A stretch of 64,000 nucleotides of DNA from Nitrospirota bacterium. Lineage in GTDB: Bacteria; Nitrospirota; 9FT-COMBO-42-15; HDB-SIOI813. The notes under the pieces were generated by a model, which was not told the origin of the DNA, searched no databases, and worked only from the letters and a program-made list of their open reading frames with translations. Position numbers and translations under genes: made by a program. The stretch spans positions 655-64,654 of the forward strand of contig JACRGV010000131.1 of the NCBI GenBank assembly GCA_016212215.1. Direction: 5' to 3'. Shown piece after piece: positions 53,142 to 63,800 of this stretch. Each line of letters opens with the position of its first letter. Positions within the stretch are counted from its first letter, which is position 1.

Positions 53142-54233
53142 ATGGCAAGAGATAATGCGATTGAAGTAAATAATGTATTTTTTACGTATCCTGATGGGCA
53201 TGATGTAATAAAGGGGATTTCATGTAACATCGGGCATGGTGAAAAGGTTGCATTGATCGGGCCTAATGGTGCAGGAAAGTCCACATTTATGAGTTTATTA
53301 AACGGTGTACTGCTGTCCAGTGATGGGAAGGTTGTAATAGATGGGTTGGAAATAAGAAAAGAGAATCTTATCGAGGTGCGGAAAAAGGTAGGTATAGTTT
53401 TCCAGGACCCTGATGATCAGCTCTTTTGTCCTACAGTGTTTGACGATGTTGCATTTGGCCCTCTTAATCTTGGCCTTTCGAAAGATGAGATACATAGCCG
53501 TGTTAAAGACGCCCTTGAGATGGTTGGTTTAACAGGCCGTGAAGAGCGCCCGTCATTTCACCTGTCATTTGGTGAGAGAAAGCGTCTTGCACTTGCAACA
53601 GTTTTATCATACCAGCCTGAGATACTTGTATTTGATGAACCTTCTACCAATATGGACCCCCTCAGCCGCAGGAGAATGATAGATTGGCTGAAGACTTCAG
53701 ATAAAACCATTCTTCTGTGTACCCATGACCTTGATATTGCATTAGAGGTATGTTACCGCTGTATCGTATTGACAGACGGCAAAATTGTTGCGGATGGGCT
53801 TGCCTCAGAAATACTTTATGACCGTAAGTTACTTGAGGCAAACAGTCTTGAATTACCGCTGGCGCTACAGACACATGAATTACTCCACGACATGCTTCAC
53901 TCAGCAACGATGGACGAGGAACACCGCGATATTATCAAAAACTTTCTTCATGCTCATCTTCATATACACGGTCCGGATCAGCATAAGCATGTCCACTTGC
54001 ATGCACATGAACATGGACATGAACATCTTCACGAAGAGACTGTTCCTGAGACCCACATTCATGAATTAAAGCACCCTGAACATTCACCTGAACATCCTGA
54101 TGTAATAGTCCCACATTCGCATGAGCATGAGAAAAAACCGGATAAAGAGCCTGCCCCGCAAAAGGGCACCAGACCAAAACGCAAACTCTTCGGCGGCGGC
54201 CATTCCCACGGCGACGGGTTTCATACGCATTGA
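53142..54233 (+). CDS. cbiO: ECF transporter ATPase CbiO/NikO with a His-rich C-terminal extension of about 120 aa
   Basis: GPNGAGKST, LSFGERKR and FDEPS motifs. The tail is HAHLHIHGPDQHKHVHLHAHEHGHEHLH...HSHEHE...GGGHSHGDGFHTH. Confidence 0.85.
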   Translation: MARDNAIEVNNVFFTYPDGHDVIKGISCNIGHGEKVALIGPNGAGKSTFMSLLNGVLLSSDGKVVIDGLEIRKENLIEVRKKVGIVFQDPDDQLFCPTVFDDVAFGPLNLGLSKDEIHSRVKDALEMVGLTGREERPSFHLSFGERKRLALATVLSYQPEILVFDEPSTNMDPLSRRRMIDWLKTSDKTILLCTHDLDIALEVCYRCIVLTDGKIVADGLASEILYDRKLLEANSLELPLALQTHELLHDMLHSATMDEEHRDIIKNFLHAHLHIHGPDQHKHVHLHAHEHGHEHLHEETVPETHIHELKHPEHSPEHPDVIVPHSHEHEKKPDKEPAPQKGTRPKRKLFGGGHSHGDGFHTH

Positions 54234-54243
54234 TCCGCAGGGC

Positions 54244-54318
54244 TCATCCGAAAATCAACCCCATCCCCACCCTAACCCTCCCCTTGAAGGGGAGGGAATA
54301 AACTTGGCACCCTCTCCC
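54244..54318 (-). repeat. Family B hairpin repeat (reverse orientation) with the CATCCGAAAATC end
   Basis: TCATCCGAAAATCAACCCCATCCCCACCCTAACCCTCCCCTTGAAGGGGAGGG. Confidence 0.85.
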
Positions 54319-54439
54319 ACATATTGCTTAACTCAATCTCAATCTTATTCTTAATCCTACTTCTTGCTTCTCACTTCTTTCTTTTGATCTTTCCCTTGAG
54401 CATTGACACTTATAGCCATTTCGAGTAACCTACAAATCC

Positions 54440-55150
54440 ATGACACCGGAACAACAGGATTTATATGAAGAAGGTAGAGTTTTCTTTGAACAGGGAGACT
54501 TTGATTCAGCATCAAGGTGTTTCTCTGAGATTGTAAAAGACGGGCCTGACAGATATGCAGATGTTTATAATAAACTCGGAATTATTTACCAGCGTAAAGG
54601 ACTTTCCCAAAAGGCAGCGACCCTTTTTGAAAAGGCCCTGAAGATAAATCCGGCATATACTGAGGCCGCCCTTAATCTATCTATCGTCTATAATGAACTT
54701 GGACGACATGAGAATGCCTATAAGATATTTAATACTGCCGTAAAAACTGTATATAAAACCAGAAAGGTTAAAGACCCTTACATTGACGGGAAACTGGCAA
54801 ATGAACACGCAAGACTGGGAGAACAGTATTATTTTCTCGGCAGGTTTAAAGAGGCAATATCAGAATACAGGAAGGCACTTAAGTTATGTCCTAACTATCC
54901 TGACATAATTACTCAACTTGGACTTGCGTACAGGGAAAATGGCGACCTTGAATCTGCAGCAGATATTTTCATTAAGGCACAGAATGCGGGTCCAAAGTAT
55001 GTGCCGGCCTTCCTGCACCTCGGTATTACTTATTACATGAAGGGGTTTGTTGATATGGCAATACGGGAATGGAAGCGGGCACTGACTATTGACCCTGAAA
55101 ATCACGACGCCAGAATATACCTGTCATTTGTATCAAATGCAGAACTCTAA
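54440..55150 (+). CDS. Tetratricopeptide (TPR) repeat protein
   Basis: Repeated A..YN.LG..Y...G....A...F.KAL..NP pattern. Confidence 0.8.
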   Translation: MTPEQQDLYEEGRVFFEQGDFDSASRCFSEIVKDGPDRYADVYNKLGIIYQRKGLSQKAATLFEKALKINPAYTEAALNLSIVYNELGRHENAYKIFNTAVKTVYKTRKVKDPYIDGKLANEHARLGEQYYFLGRFKEAISEYRKALKLCPNYPDIITQLGLAYRENGDLESAADIFIKAQNAGPKYVPAFLHLGITYYMKGFVDMAIREWKRALTIDPENHDARIYLSFVSNAEL

Positions 55151-55159
55151 ATAGGGCTT

Positions 55160-56137
55160 ATGTTACTAAAGGTAGAAAAACTCAGGACTCAATTTTTTAC
55201 TTCAGAAGGTGTCCTTCCTGCTGTTGATAATGTCAGCTTCAGCGTAGACAAAGGGAAGATACTTGGGATAGTCGGTGAATCCGGTTGTGGTAAGAGTGTT
55301 ACAGGTCTCAGTATTATGCGGCTTGTCCCTCCTCCGGGGAAGATAGTTTCAGGCGGCATATCCTTTGATGGACAGGACATCTTAAAATTAAGCAATGAAG
55401 AGATAAGGAATCTGCGGGGAAACCGTATTACAATGGTTTTTCAGGACCCGATGACCTCCTTAAATCCTGTGTTTACGATTGGGAACCAGATTGCAGAGAT
55501 ACTGAGGACTCATAAGGGATTCAATCGAAGAAGGGCGATGGAAGAGGCAGCAACATTGCTTCAGCGTGTCGGTATACCTGATTCTGATAGAAGAGTAAGA
55601 GAATACCCGCACCAGATGAGCGGTGGGATGAGGCAGAGGGTGATGATTGCAATGGCCGTTGCCTGTGACCCTGCCCTGATAATTGCTGATGAACCGACTA
55701 CAGCACTGGATGTAACTATACAGGCACAGATACTGAGGCTTCTGAAAAACCTTGTTGAGTCACTCCACACAGCCCTTATCCTGATATCCCATGATTTAGG
55801 GGTAATAGCGGAGACAGCAGACGATGTAGCTGTAATGTATGCAGGTAAGATTGTTGAATATGCAGCAACTAATGCGCTATTTAAAGAACCGCTTCACCCA
55901 TATACTATTGGCTTACTTGAATCCATCCCACAGCCCGGAGATGTGAGGGGACAAAAGCTCAGGGCTATAAATGGCTTTGTGCCGAGGCTTACAGAGTTGC
56001 CGGAGGGATGTAAGTTCAGTCCAAGATGTAAATATGTTATTGATAAATGCAGGAGCAAGGAGCCTGAACTCATTGATGCCGGAGGCGGGCATTTTGTAAG
56101 GTGCTGGGAGTATAAGACAGTAAGCGGTAAGCAGTGA
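55160..56137 (+). CDS. Oligopeptide/dipeptide ABC transporter ATP-binding protein (OppD/DppD-like)
   Basis: [16 protein letters not shown] and ADEPTTALD motifs, with a C-terminal oligo_HPY region. The last codons (TVSGKQ) lie in a heptamer tract. Confidence 0.85.
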   Translation: MLLKVEKLRTQFFTSEGVLPAVDNVSFSVDKGKILGIVGESGCGKSVTGLSIMRLVPPPGKIVSGGISFDGQDILKLSNEEIRNLRGNRITMVFQDPMTSLNPVFTIGNQIAEILRTHKGFNRRRAMEEAATLLQRVGIPDSDRRVREYPHQMSGGMRQRVMIAMAVACDPALIIADEPTTALDVTIQAQILRLLKNLVESLHTALILISHDLGVIAETADDVAVMYAGKIVEYAATNALFKEPLHPYTIGLLESIPQPGDVRGQKLRAINGFVPRLTELPEGCKFSPRCKYVIDKCRSKEPELIDAGGGHFVRCWEYKTVSGKQ

Positions 56138-56231
56138 GCAGATTAAAAGCAGAAGTTAGAAGCAAGAAGTAAGAGGTCAGAATAAGAAGACTGAAGGCTG
56201 AAGGTAGAAGTAAGAGGCAAGAAGTAAGAAA
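56114..56231 (+). repeat. Heptamer-periodic tract starting with AAGACAG
   Basis: AAGACAGTAAGCGGTAAGCAGTGAGCAG...GTTAGAAGCAAGAAGTAAGAGGTCAGAA... Confidence 0.8.
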
Positions 56232-56254
56232 AACCTCAGTGGGATTCTAATAAT

Positions 56255-56303
56255 ATCCTCCCCCTTTGGGGGGAGGGTGAGCTATGGAGTATTTCATATA
56301 AAC
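56255..56303 (+). repeat. Family B hairpin repeat with the GGGTGAGCTATGGAG end
   Basis: ATCCTCCCCCTTTGGGGGGAGGGTGAGCTATGGAGTATTTCATATAAAC. Confidence 0.8.
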
Positions 56304-57284
56304 ATGAAGGAGCAACTACTAACAGTCAGGGATTTGAAAAAGTATTTTCCGGTACATGAAGGGATGTTCGGAAAAAAAGGCCGGGTGGTACATGCTGTAG
56401 ATGGCATTAGCTTTGACCTCTATAAAAATGAGGTGCTGAGCCTTGTTGGTGAGAGCGGATGCGGGAAATCAACAACCGGACGGCTGATACTGAGGCTGAT
56501 TGAACCTACTGAGGGTGAAATAAAACTCATGGGTGAGGACTTGGGTCAGGTCAGTAAAAAGCGGTTGAAGGAGTTGCGTCGTGAAATGCAGATAATATTT
56601 CAGGACCCTTATGCATCTTTAAATCCCAGGTTAACTGTAGGTGAGATTATCGAAGAGCCTCTTATAGTTCATAAGATTGGTACTAAGGCTGAACGCCGGG
56701 AAGAGACGGCAACACTCTTACAGAAGGTCGGGCTATCTCCTGATGTTATGAGACGTTATCCCCATGAATTCAGCGGCGGACAGAGGCAAAGGATAGGTGT
56801 GGCGAGGGCGATAGCATTAAAACCAAAACTGATTGTGGCAGATGAACCGGTGTCAGCCCTTGATGTCTCCATTCAGGCCCAGGTTGTAAACCTTCTGAAA
56901 GAACTACAGGATGAGTATCATATATCCTATCTCTTCATAGCACATGACTTAAATGTTGTAAGGCATATCAGTGACAGGGTAATTGTCATGTATCTCGGTA
57001 AAATAGTGGAGCTTGCTCCTGTGGATGACCTGTATAAAAGACCGCTTCATCCATATACACAGGCGTTACTTTCCGCCATCCCTGTTCCTGACCCCTCAAA
57101 AAGGGAGAGGAAAGCGATTCTCCTTGAAGGTGATATCCCAAGCCCGATCTCAATACCAACAGGGTGCCGTTTTCATACGAGATGCCCAAAAGTAATCCCG
57201 GAATGTAAGGAAGCTGTTCCACCGTTAACTGAATTCGGTAACGGACATGTTGCAGCTTGCATACGGGTAAGGGAGTGGGCTTAA
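56304..57284 (+). CDS. Oligopeptide/dipeptide ABC transporter ATP-binding protein (OppF/DppF-like)
   Basis: [17 protein letters not shown] and ADEPVSALD motifs. The start is chosen at [15 protein letters not shown]; the track start, GTG 56277, lies inside a repeat. Confidence 0.85.
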   Translation: MKEQLLTVRDLKKYFPVHEGMFGKKGRVVHAVDGISFDLYKNEVLSLVGESGCGKSTTGRLILRLIEPTEGEIKLMGEDLGQVSKKRLKELRREMQIIFQDPYASLNPRLTVGEIIEEPLIVHKIGTKAERREETATLLQKVGLSPDVMRRYPHEFSGGQRQRIGVARAIALKPKLIVADEPVSALDVSIQAQVVNLLKELQDEYHISYLFIAHDLNVVRHISDRVIVMYLGKIVELAPVDDLYKRPLHPYTQALLSAIPVPDPSKRERKAILLEGDIPSPISIPTGCRFHTRCPKVIPECKEAVPPLTEFGNGHVAACIRVREWA

Positions 57285-57294
57285 TTAATTGTAC

Positions 57295-58515
57295 TCAAGG
57301 CAATTGAGCAAGCCACTGATAAGCCGGTGCAATAAGGATTTTGTTTTCTTCATTATTTATCAGCCTGTAGGAATCCCCGCTGCCGGTAAGTTGAACCGCC
57401 GGTATCTTGAGGAGTTTTTGGAAAATTTGCAGAGACTTTGATGGAGTTATATCGTTTAACTTCGACTCAATTAGTAAAAATGGTTCCCTGTTTTTCGCTA
57501 TCAAAAAATCTACTTCCTGCTTCTCCTTGTTTTTTAAAAAATGTAGTGTAAAGTCGCCGTGCCCCATATCGGTCCATAAATTTACAGCCCTCCAAAGCTC
57601 TGCGGCAACCATATTTTCAAAACGGGCAGCAGGGTTCTTGATCCTTGGATAGTCCCAGAGGTAATATTTCCTTTCTTTCAGGATCGCCCTCGATATTTTC
57701 TCTGTCCACGTAGGTATGCTGAACACAAGGAAAAACCTTTCAAAAACCGATAGCCAGTTGCGGACAGAGTTATATGAGACTCCGAGGTCTCCTGATAAAG
57801 AAGCAATTGACAGAGGACTTCCCACCTTTGAAGGGAGAAGAAGATAGAGGGTCTCAATATCGGTTACAGATTTTATCTCTACCACGTCCCGGATATCCTC
57901 CCGTATTAATTGATTGGCATAAGTACCGGACCATCGCCTGTATGTCTGCTCCTTGCCTGACACATAAGGTTCAGGAAATCCGCTTAACTCTGACAGGTTA
58001 TTCCATATAGTCCTGGCCTCTTTCAAACCCTTCATTTTGATTTGAAGAGGGTCAGCAATAAAATCAGATATAGATATGTTTTTTCTCCCAAGCTCTGATA
58101 CTGACAAAGGGAAGAGGTGAAACATATAATATCGCCCGGCCAGTGAGTCGCCGCCCTTCTGGTATATGTCAAGCCTTCCACTGCCTGTAACAAGGAATTT
58201 ATAACTGTCACAGTCCCGATCGTATACCCCTTTAAGATAATTCTTCCAGTTTTTATATTTGTGTATTTCATCAAAGATAATTAAAGGTGTGGAGGCATCT
58301 ATTCTATCAACTTTTTCAAAGAAGTAAGGATCTTCAAATAGTGTGCCCCTGTCGGAATGGATATCCCAGTTGAAATAGAGGCTGTTGCTGAATGATTCCG
58401 CCATTATTTTTGAGAGGGTTGTTTTACCGGCCTGCCGTGGACCGGCAAGAAATACCATGCTCTTCTCTGAAGAAAGCTTATTCCATGCATTTAAATACAG
58501 CGTCCTGCTTAGCAT
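57295..58515 (-). CDS. AAA-type ATPase with a DUF4143 domain
   Basis: LAGPRQAGKTT Walker A, IIFDEIH Walker B, and a C-terminal DUF4143-like region. Confidence 0.75.
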   Translation of the reverse strand: MLSRTLYLNAWNKLSSEKSMVFLAGPRQAGKTTLSKIMAESFSNSLYFNWDIHSDRGTLFEDPYFFEKVDRIDASTPLIIFDEIHKYKNWKNYLKGVYDRDCDSYKFLVTGSGRLDIYQKGGDSLAGRYYMFHLFPLSVSELGRKNISISDFIADPLQIKMKGLKEARTIWNNLSELSGFPEPYVSGKEQTYRRWSGTYANQLIREDIRDVVEIKSVTDIETLYLLLPSKVGSPLSIASLSGDLGVSYNSVRNWLSVFERFFLVFSIPTWTEKISRAILKERKYYLWDYPRIKNPAARFENMVAAELWRAVNLWTDMGHGDFTLHFLKNKEKQEVDFLIAKNREPFLLIESKLNDITPSKSLQIFQKLLKIPAVQLTGSGDSYRLINNEENKILIAPAYQWLAQLP

Positions 58516-58614
58516 GGTAACATTTTTTCACAGCAATGAAATATAGTCAAGGCTATTTTTCAGGGCAGGGAAATATAGTCGAGTAAAGTCGCTTAAACTC
58601 TGAAAGTTCCACTT

Positions 58615-58797
58615 TTACATCATGGGAATCGCTCTTTCATAAGGTTTCAAATCAGTATCCATTACCACCATTAAATCAATATCGCTGTCCTTTGTCGCCT
58701 GACCATAAGCATAAGAGCCAAACAGAATAATCTTTTCAGGATTGAAGTTGTCAATAATTCTTCTGACAGCTTCCTTTAAATAAACTTCTATATCCAT
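58615..58797 (-). pseudogene. Truncated duplicate of the MNT nucleotidyltransferase gene (first ~57 codons)
   Basis: It lies in a 189-bp direct repeat (58623-58811) with 4 mismatches to 60674-60862. The reading frame diverges after ERAIP. Confidence 0.75.
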
Positions 58798-59258
58798 CTG
58801 TGTCCTCCTTGTTTCCTTATATCCTCATCGCCCCTGCCATGCCGTTCTGTTTTCTCATAATATTTTTCTACATACCGGCTGTAAAGCTGTTCAAGAGTCT
58901 CTTGTGGTTTTTCTGTTATCCCAAAACCCTCCGGTGAAAACTGTAAAGAGCTATCATCAGGCGGTAAAACCTTAGAGGTAAAACCTGCAACACTTGCCGG
59001 AAGTTTTTCAAAACGGAGTTCCGTAATCAAACGTTCCCCTTCTTCTTCCAATCTTGCCTGAATATAGCTTACAACCTGACGAAAGTGGTCACCATCAACA
59101 TTTGAGAACATCTTTGAAAGGCGTCCATACCTCGGCGTACACATGGCACTAAGGAATTTAACCTTTGGAGCATATAACACAACCCCAACGTTTATAAACT
59201 CTCCTGTTACAATGTCATGGATATACCTCAAGACTGAGAAACTGTAGGGTGTTTTCAT
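58788..59258 (-). CDS. DUF3037 domain protein
   Basis: FSVLRYIHDIVTGEFINVGVVLY is the characteristic N-terminus. The last ~8 codons run into the duplicated segment. Confidence 0.7.
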   Translation of the reverse strand: MKTPYSFSVLRYIHDIVTGEFINVGVVLYAPKVKFLSAMCTPRYGRLSKMFSNVDGDHFRQVVSYIQARLEEEGERLITELRFEKLPASVAGFTSKVLPPDDSSLQFSPEGFGITEKPQETLEQLYSRYVEKYYEKTERHGRGDEDIRKQGGHRWI

Positions 59259-59345
59259 TGCAATATCCTCCTGACTTCAATTCAGGTAAATCCCAATTTC
59301 CTTCTAATTGAAAGATTAACTTAAAGATATTTAAAAGCCCAATTC

Positions 59346-60113
59346 TCAGGCTGCAAGTTTCTCAACATATTTATCACGCTTACTCCATAATAACGGTTCA
59401 ATATCATAAGCCTTCAACGCATGTATAGTGTCAGGGCTGATTTCTTTATCCTGATCATTAAGCATAGCTATAGCAATTGAATTTTCTGCTCTTACTTTTC
59501 TTGCATCATCCCAGGAAAATATCATGGCAGATACACTATTCTTTGCAGGATTGTTAATCGTTCTTAAAACTCTCTCAGGTACTGTCTTAGAAGGTGGTAT
59601 CACAAAATCAAAATGGTGATTGAAGCCACTTTTCCCGATAAAATTAATATCCTTGGAAAATCTGATCTCGTGTAACAATAGAAACCTCTCAACGTCTTCT
59701 TTGAAAAAGCTTGCAACTTTAGCAGGAGCCATTACAAAAAGGTCATTGATCGCAAGCATTGCCTGCAACAGGTTATGTTTTTTTTGTGGAAAATTATCAT
59801 GGCGGGCCTCTGCTTCAAGGCTATCCCCATTAAGGCTTACCCCAAATCCATTCAGAATAATCTTGAGTTCATTCTTTCTGCGTTCCGTATTAAATTCAAG
59901 ACCGCTTATCTCTAAATCCATGAGTGTATATCCATCATCTGTTAACAACATCCCCGATGGCGTAGATTTAACATATATCTGCATATAATCATTATGCCGG
60001 TCAACAAATGGAGTAGTAAGTTCACATATATCACCTATTGTTTTTATTTTGGCTTTATCTTTAAGCCAATTTGTATACAAACCTACGAGTTGATGGCAAT
60101 CAAATGCACTCAT
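59346..60113 (-). CDS. DUF1828 + DUF1829 two-domain protein
   Basis: FVDRHNDYMQIYV...LTDDGYTL..L..SG, and a C-terminal GKSGFNHHFDFVIP...W.D pattern. Confidence 0.6.
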   Translation of the reverse strand: MSAFDCHQLVGLYTNWLKDKAKIKTIGDICELTTPFVDRHNDYMQIYVKSTPSGMLLTDDGYTLMDLEISGLEFNTERRKNELKIILNGFGVSLNGDSLEAEARHDNFPQKKHNLLQAMLAINDLFVMAPAKVASFFKEDVERFLLLHEIRFSKDINFIGKSGFNHHFDFVIPPSKTVPERVLRTINNPAKNSVSAMIFSWDDARKVRAENSIAIAMLNDQDKEISPDTIHALKAYDIEPLLWSKRDKYVEKLAA

Positions 60114-60140
60114 AGAAATAATCCGCTCCGCAATCAGTAA

Positions 60141-60545
60141 TTACATCTTCCCTTCAAGATGTTTCAGCACTACAGAGTTAACTTTTTTCGCAAACTCTAT
60201 GGCTTCGTATGCCTTTTCTTCAGGTATTTCATAGTACATCTCAGAAGGGTATCTTGCCTCAACCGCATAAATTGACAAAACCTCAACATCTCCAATCTCT
60301 GATTCAAGAGACGGTGAAATATCTTTACATAATAACACAAGGTCTTCAATGGAATGTGTCTTAGGAAAATCTATTTCATGGAACGTCAGGAAGCCTTTCA
60401 TATATTTTTCAGCGCATTGTTGGGCATGAAAACAAACAGTATCATAAGGCGGATCATCCATTGTCATGGTATATTCAGCAGTTCTGAGGTCGTTTTCGGC
60501 TTTTTTGAACCAAGCGTTCACGGCATTTATCTTATCACCGTTCAT
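60141..60545 (-). CDS. HEPN domain protein (partner of the MNT)
   Basis: W..KAENDL..A....., AQQCAEKYMKGFL, and the R-x4-H-like EARYPSE region. It overlaps the MNT gene by 11 nt. Confidence 0.75.
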   Translation of the reverse strand: MNGDKINAVNAWFKKAENDLRTAEYTMTMDDPPYDTVCFHAQQCAEKYMKGFLTFHEIDFPKTHSIEDLVLLCKDISPSLESEIGDVEVLSIYAVEARYPSEMYYEIPEEKAYEAIEFAKKVNSVVLKHLEGKM

Positions 60546-60849
60546 AGACCACCCTTCCTTTATGAGCTGCCGTATAAATTATGGTTCCAATAATATCCTT
60601 AAATCTCTCAAACTCCTGCGGCGTCCTTACAATAACATCTTTAGGTATCCCAAGATATTTCAGGGCCTTCCTTATGGGAATCGCTCTTTCGTAAGGTTTC
60701 AAATCGGTATCCATTACCACCATTAAATCAATATCGCTGTCCTTTGTCGCCTGACCATAGGCATAAGAGCCAAACAGAATAATCTTTTCAGGATTGAAGT
60801 TATCAATAATTCTTCTGACAGCTTCCTTTAAATAAACTTCTATATCCAT
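60535..60849 (-). CDS. Nucleotidyltransferase (MNT) domain protein
   Basis: ILFGSYAYGQATKDSDIDLMVV is the GS-x10-DxD minimal nucleotidyltransferase motif. Confidence 0.8.
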   Translation of the reverse strand: MDIEVYLKEAVRRIIDNFNPEKIILFGSYAYGQATKDSDIDLMVVMDTDLKPYERAIPIRKALKYLGIPKDVIVRTPQEFERFKDIIGTIIYTAAHKGRVVYER

Positions 60850-60869
60850 CTGTGTCCTCCTTTCTAAAT

Positions 60870-63800
60870 TTACCCCTCTATTCTACTTTCTACCCCTTCC
60901 ATCTCCCTAACAATCTTCATTGTCTCAACACTCACGGTACATACCCGTTTCAGTAAGTCTATAACCTTATCTTTGTAATGCTGAAAGCGGTAGGTGTTGA
61001 ATTTATCGGCAATGGTGGGATCAGACGGCTTCTTTTCTTTATACTGATCAAGTATCCATTCAAGGGCACTGCGGTTGCCCAGCTTGTATTCCCAAGCCTC
61101 TTTGGGTATGCCGGTCATTGTGGTGAGTTCGTCTATCTCTATGACGCCTCTTTCTTTGTCTGCCCTGAGTTTCACCTTTATCTTTGGCTGGCGACCGTAC
61201 ATCGCCTGTGGTTCGCACACATCTATTATATCTTTAGGCATATCTTTGATAATCCGCTTATGCTCAGATTTTGTATCACTGGTGATGACCTTCAACATAT
61301 ATGGTTCAACGGTCTCATAGTCTATATGTAAGGCCATAAGCTCCTTGCCCCATCCAGCCCATTTCCAAAATTCTTCATAGAATGGTATTCGCGGGAACTC
61401 TCGTTTAAGGTTCAGCTCATACTTCTTGCGGTAGGTAGGGTTGTGCAGAACGGCATATACATAATGGAAGATGTCTTCCTTCTCAATCTTATTATCATTG
61501 TAATGGCAGCGGAACTTAGCCTGTCCCCAATCGGTAATGTTGTCTATGCGGTTGCCTGCACTGTCGTAACTGTAGAGTGGTAGACATTGAGTTATTCCAT
61601 TACCTTGTTTTAATAAACCTGCATCAAATACCTTGTTTGTGACTAAAGCATATAGTTCATTAGCAGATGCAATGCTTAAAAAGGAAATTATTCTGTTTTC
61701 GAACTCACCCCTAAAACCACAAATTTTTTCTTGTTGATAAATTCTATGTGTGTAAATCCTATCAAAATAAAACTCTTTTTGAATGAAAGGTCTGAATAAA
61801 GAGTATGTGATATTCTTTTTATCAAACTTTAATATGTCACCTTTCACCAAGTGGTTTTCAATTTCAGAGCCAAATTTGATCGTTCTTTGAACAAAATCAT
61901 TTATTGGAATATTCTTTTTAGACTGCATCCATCTTCTTTGTTCTGAAGCATAAAAACTACAAAAGAAATCGGCCTTTTTTTCTAAAGCACTTCCATTAAA
62001 ATCATAAGACCACTCATCTCTTGCTGTAACAATGCCATTTGAAAAAAGTCCGAAAACTGCTTCTTGGCTCTTGCCTACCTTAACATCTTTATCCACGCAA
62101 GCAATCAATTCATTAAAATCATTATCTGCCTGATTTATCCAACTATGGTTTTTATTGGGAGTGATGTGTGAGAACTCAATTTTTTCCATTGGGTTTGTCC
62201 GGAGCCATTCAAGCTTTTCTTCTTTGCGCCAGAAGTCGTCCATAGCGACATATTCAATCCTGCATTTTCCTTCCTCCTTCTCTTTCCTCACAAGGAACAT
62301 AACAGCAACGCCGGTTTGTATGCCGAATACATTATGTGTTGTCCCGGCAATCTTTGGATTGGCGCGGACATCGCTCTTTGTGTCAACTATGTAAGCATGG
62401 CTGAATCCATCTTCCACGCATTTGCGGAATCCATCAAAGGTACGACTGTCAATGAAGCTGCGATTGGTAATTAATGCGATTACGCCGTTTTTATCAATCC
62501 TGTCCATAGCCCAGCGGTAAAAGCGGGAATACATATCATAAACCTTTGTCTTCTGAGCAGTACTGTTCTTGATGTACGTATCTTTAATGCGCTTATCTAT
62601 CTCAGGATATTCACGGTTTTTATTGTTCTCGTTTTCATTCTTCTGGTTAGCATTGTATGGAGGATTGCCGATTATGACTGAAATCTTCTTCCGGTTCTGC
62701 CTGCGAATGCGCTCGGCATTTTCATTGGTTAGTGCAAATATGTTTTCCTGCTTGCCTGAGTAGTCAAGAGGTGCTGTATTGTCCAGAGTATCCACAAAAC
62801 AGATGTTCGGAAATTCTTCATAGATCCCCATCTTCTGCTTGTATGTGTATTCTATGTTGAGGTTAGCTATATAATAAGGGAGTATGGCAACCTCGTTGGC
62901 GTGGAGTTCATTCCCGTATTTATAGGTCAGATGCTGTTTTGGTATATGCTCGATGATGTCGCAGATGAATGTGCCTGTTCCTGCGGCCGGATCAAGTATT
63001 TCTACATTTTTATCGGCAAGGGTCTTGCCGAAATGCTTGAAGAGAAGGTAATCAGCGCTCTCTATCATGAACTTAACTATCTCATTGGGCGTGTAAACAA
63101 CGCCGAGGCGGTCGGCTGCCTTTGGGTTATAGACCTTGTAAAAGTTCTCATATAGCACCTTGAGAAATTTCTGCTTTTCGTGATGGTCTGCAATGGCTGC
63201 GGCTGCGGCATTTATGGAATCGTAATAATGTTCTATGGATGCAAGCAGATTTCTTCGCTCCGCATAGCTGAATAGCGTACAGATGAGATTTTCAAGCTCT
63301 GCTGCGATAGTGTTGTGCCGGTGAAAGCCCTGGTCATCGAATATCTTATTGAAAATGTCGCTTGTCAGTATGTGCTGGATCATCATCTCACGGATGTCAA
63401 CCAGCGTAATGTCAGGATTTATCTCGTCCTTGCAAAGCTTCAGGAATTTGTCACGTTCTTTTATGAAACTTTCACTCTTCGCCCCGGCCTCTTCAATTCT
63501 ATTTCTCAGGGTTTCAATGATAACTGGGATGTCCTGTTTGAATTTTTCTATTGCATCTTCAAACTTGTATACAGCCTCATTTTTATAAGAAATGAAGGCT
63601 GTGATAATAGCGTCAAGCTCATCGGCATTACGGACTGAGGCCCGCATCACTTCTTCGTTGCGCTGGAACAAAACCGCAGTCTGGCTGTCCTCAAAAAGCG
63701 TATTGGTGAGTGGATAGCCCTTTTTTATCTTTGTGTCTATCTCATCATCAATTACATCCTTTTCATCCTTGCTCTCCCAGTAACCTACATCCAGTGCCCA

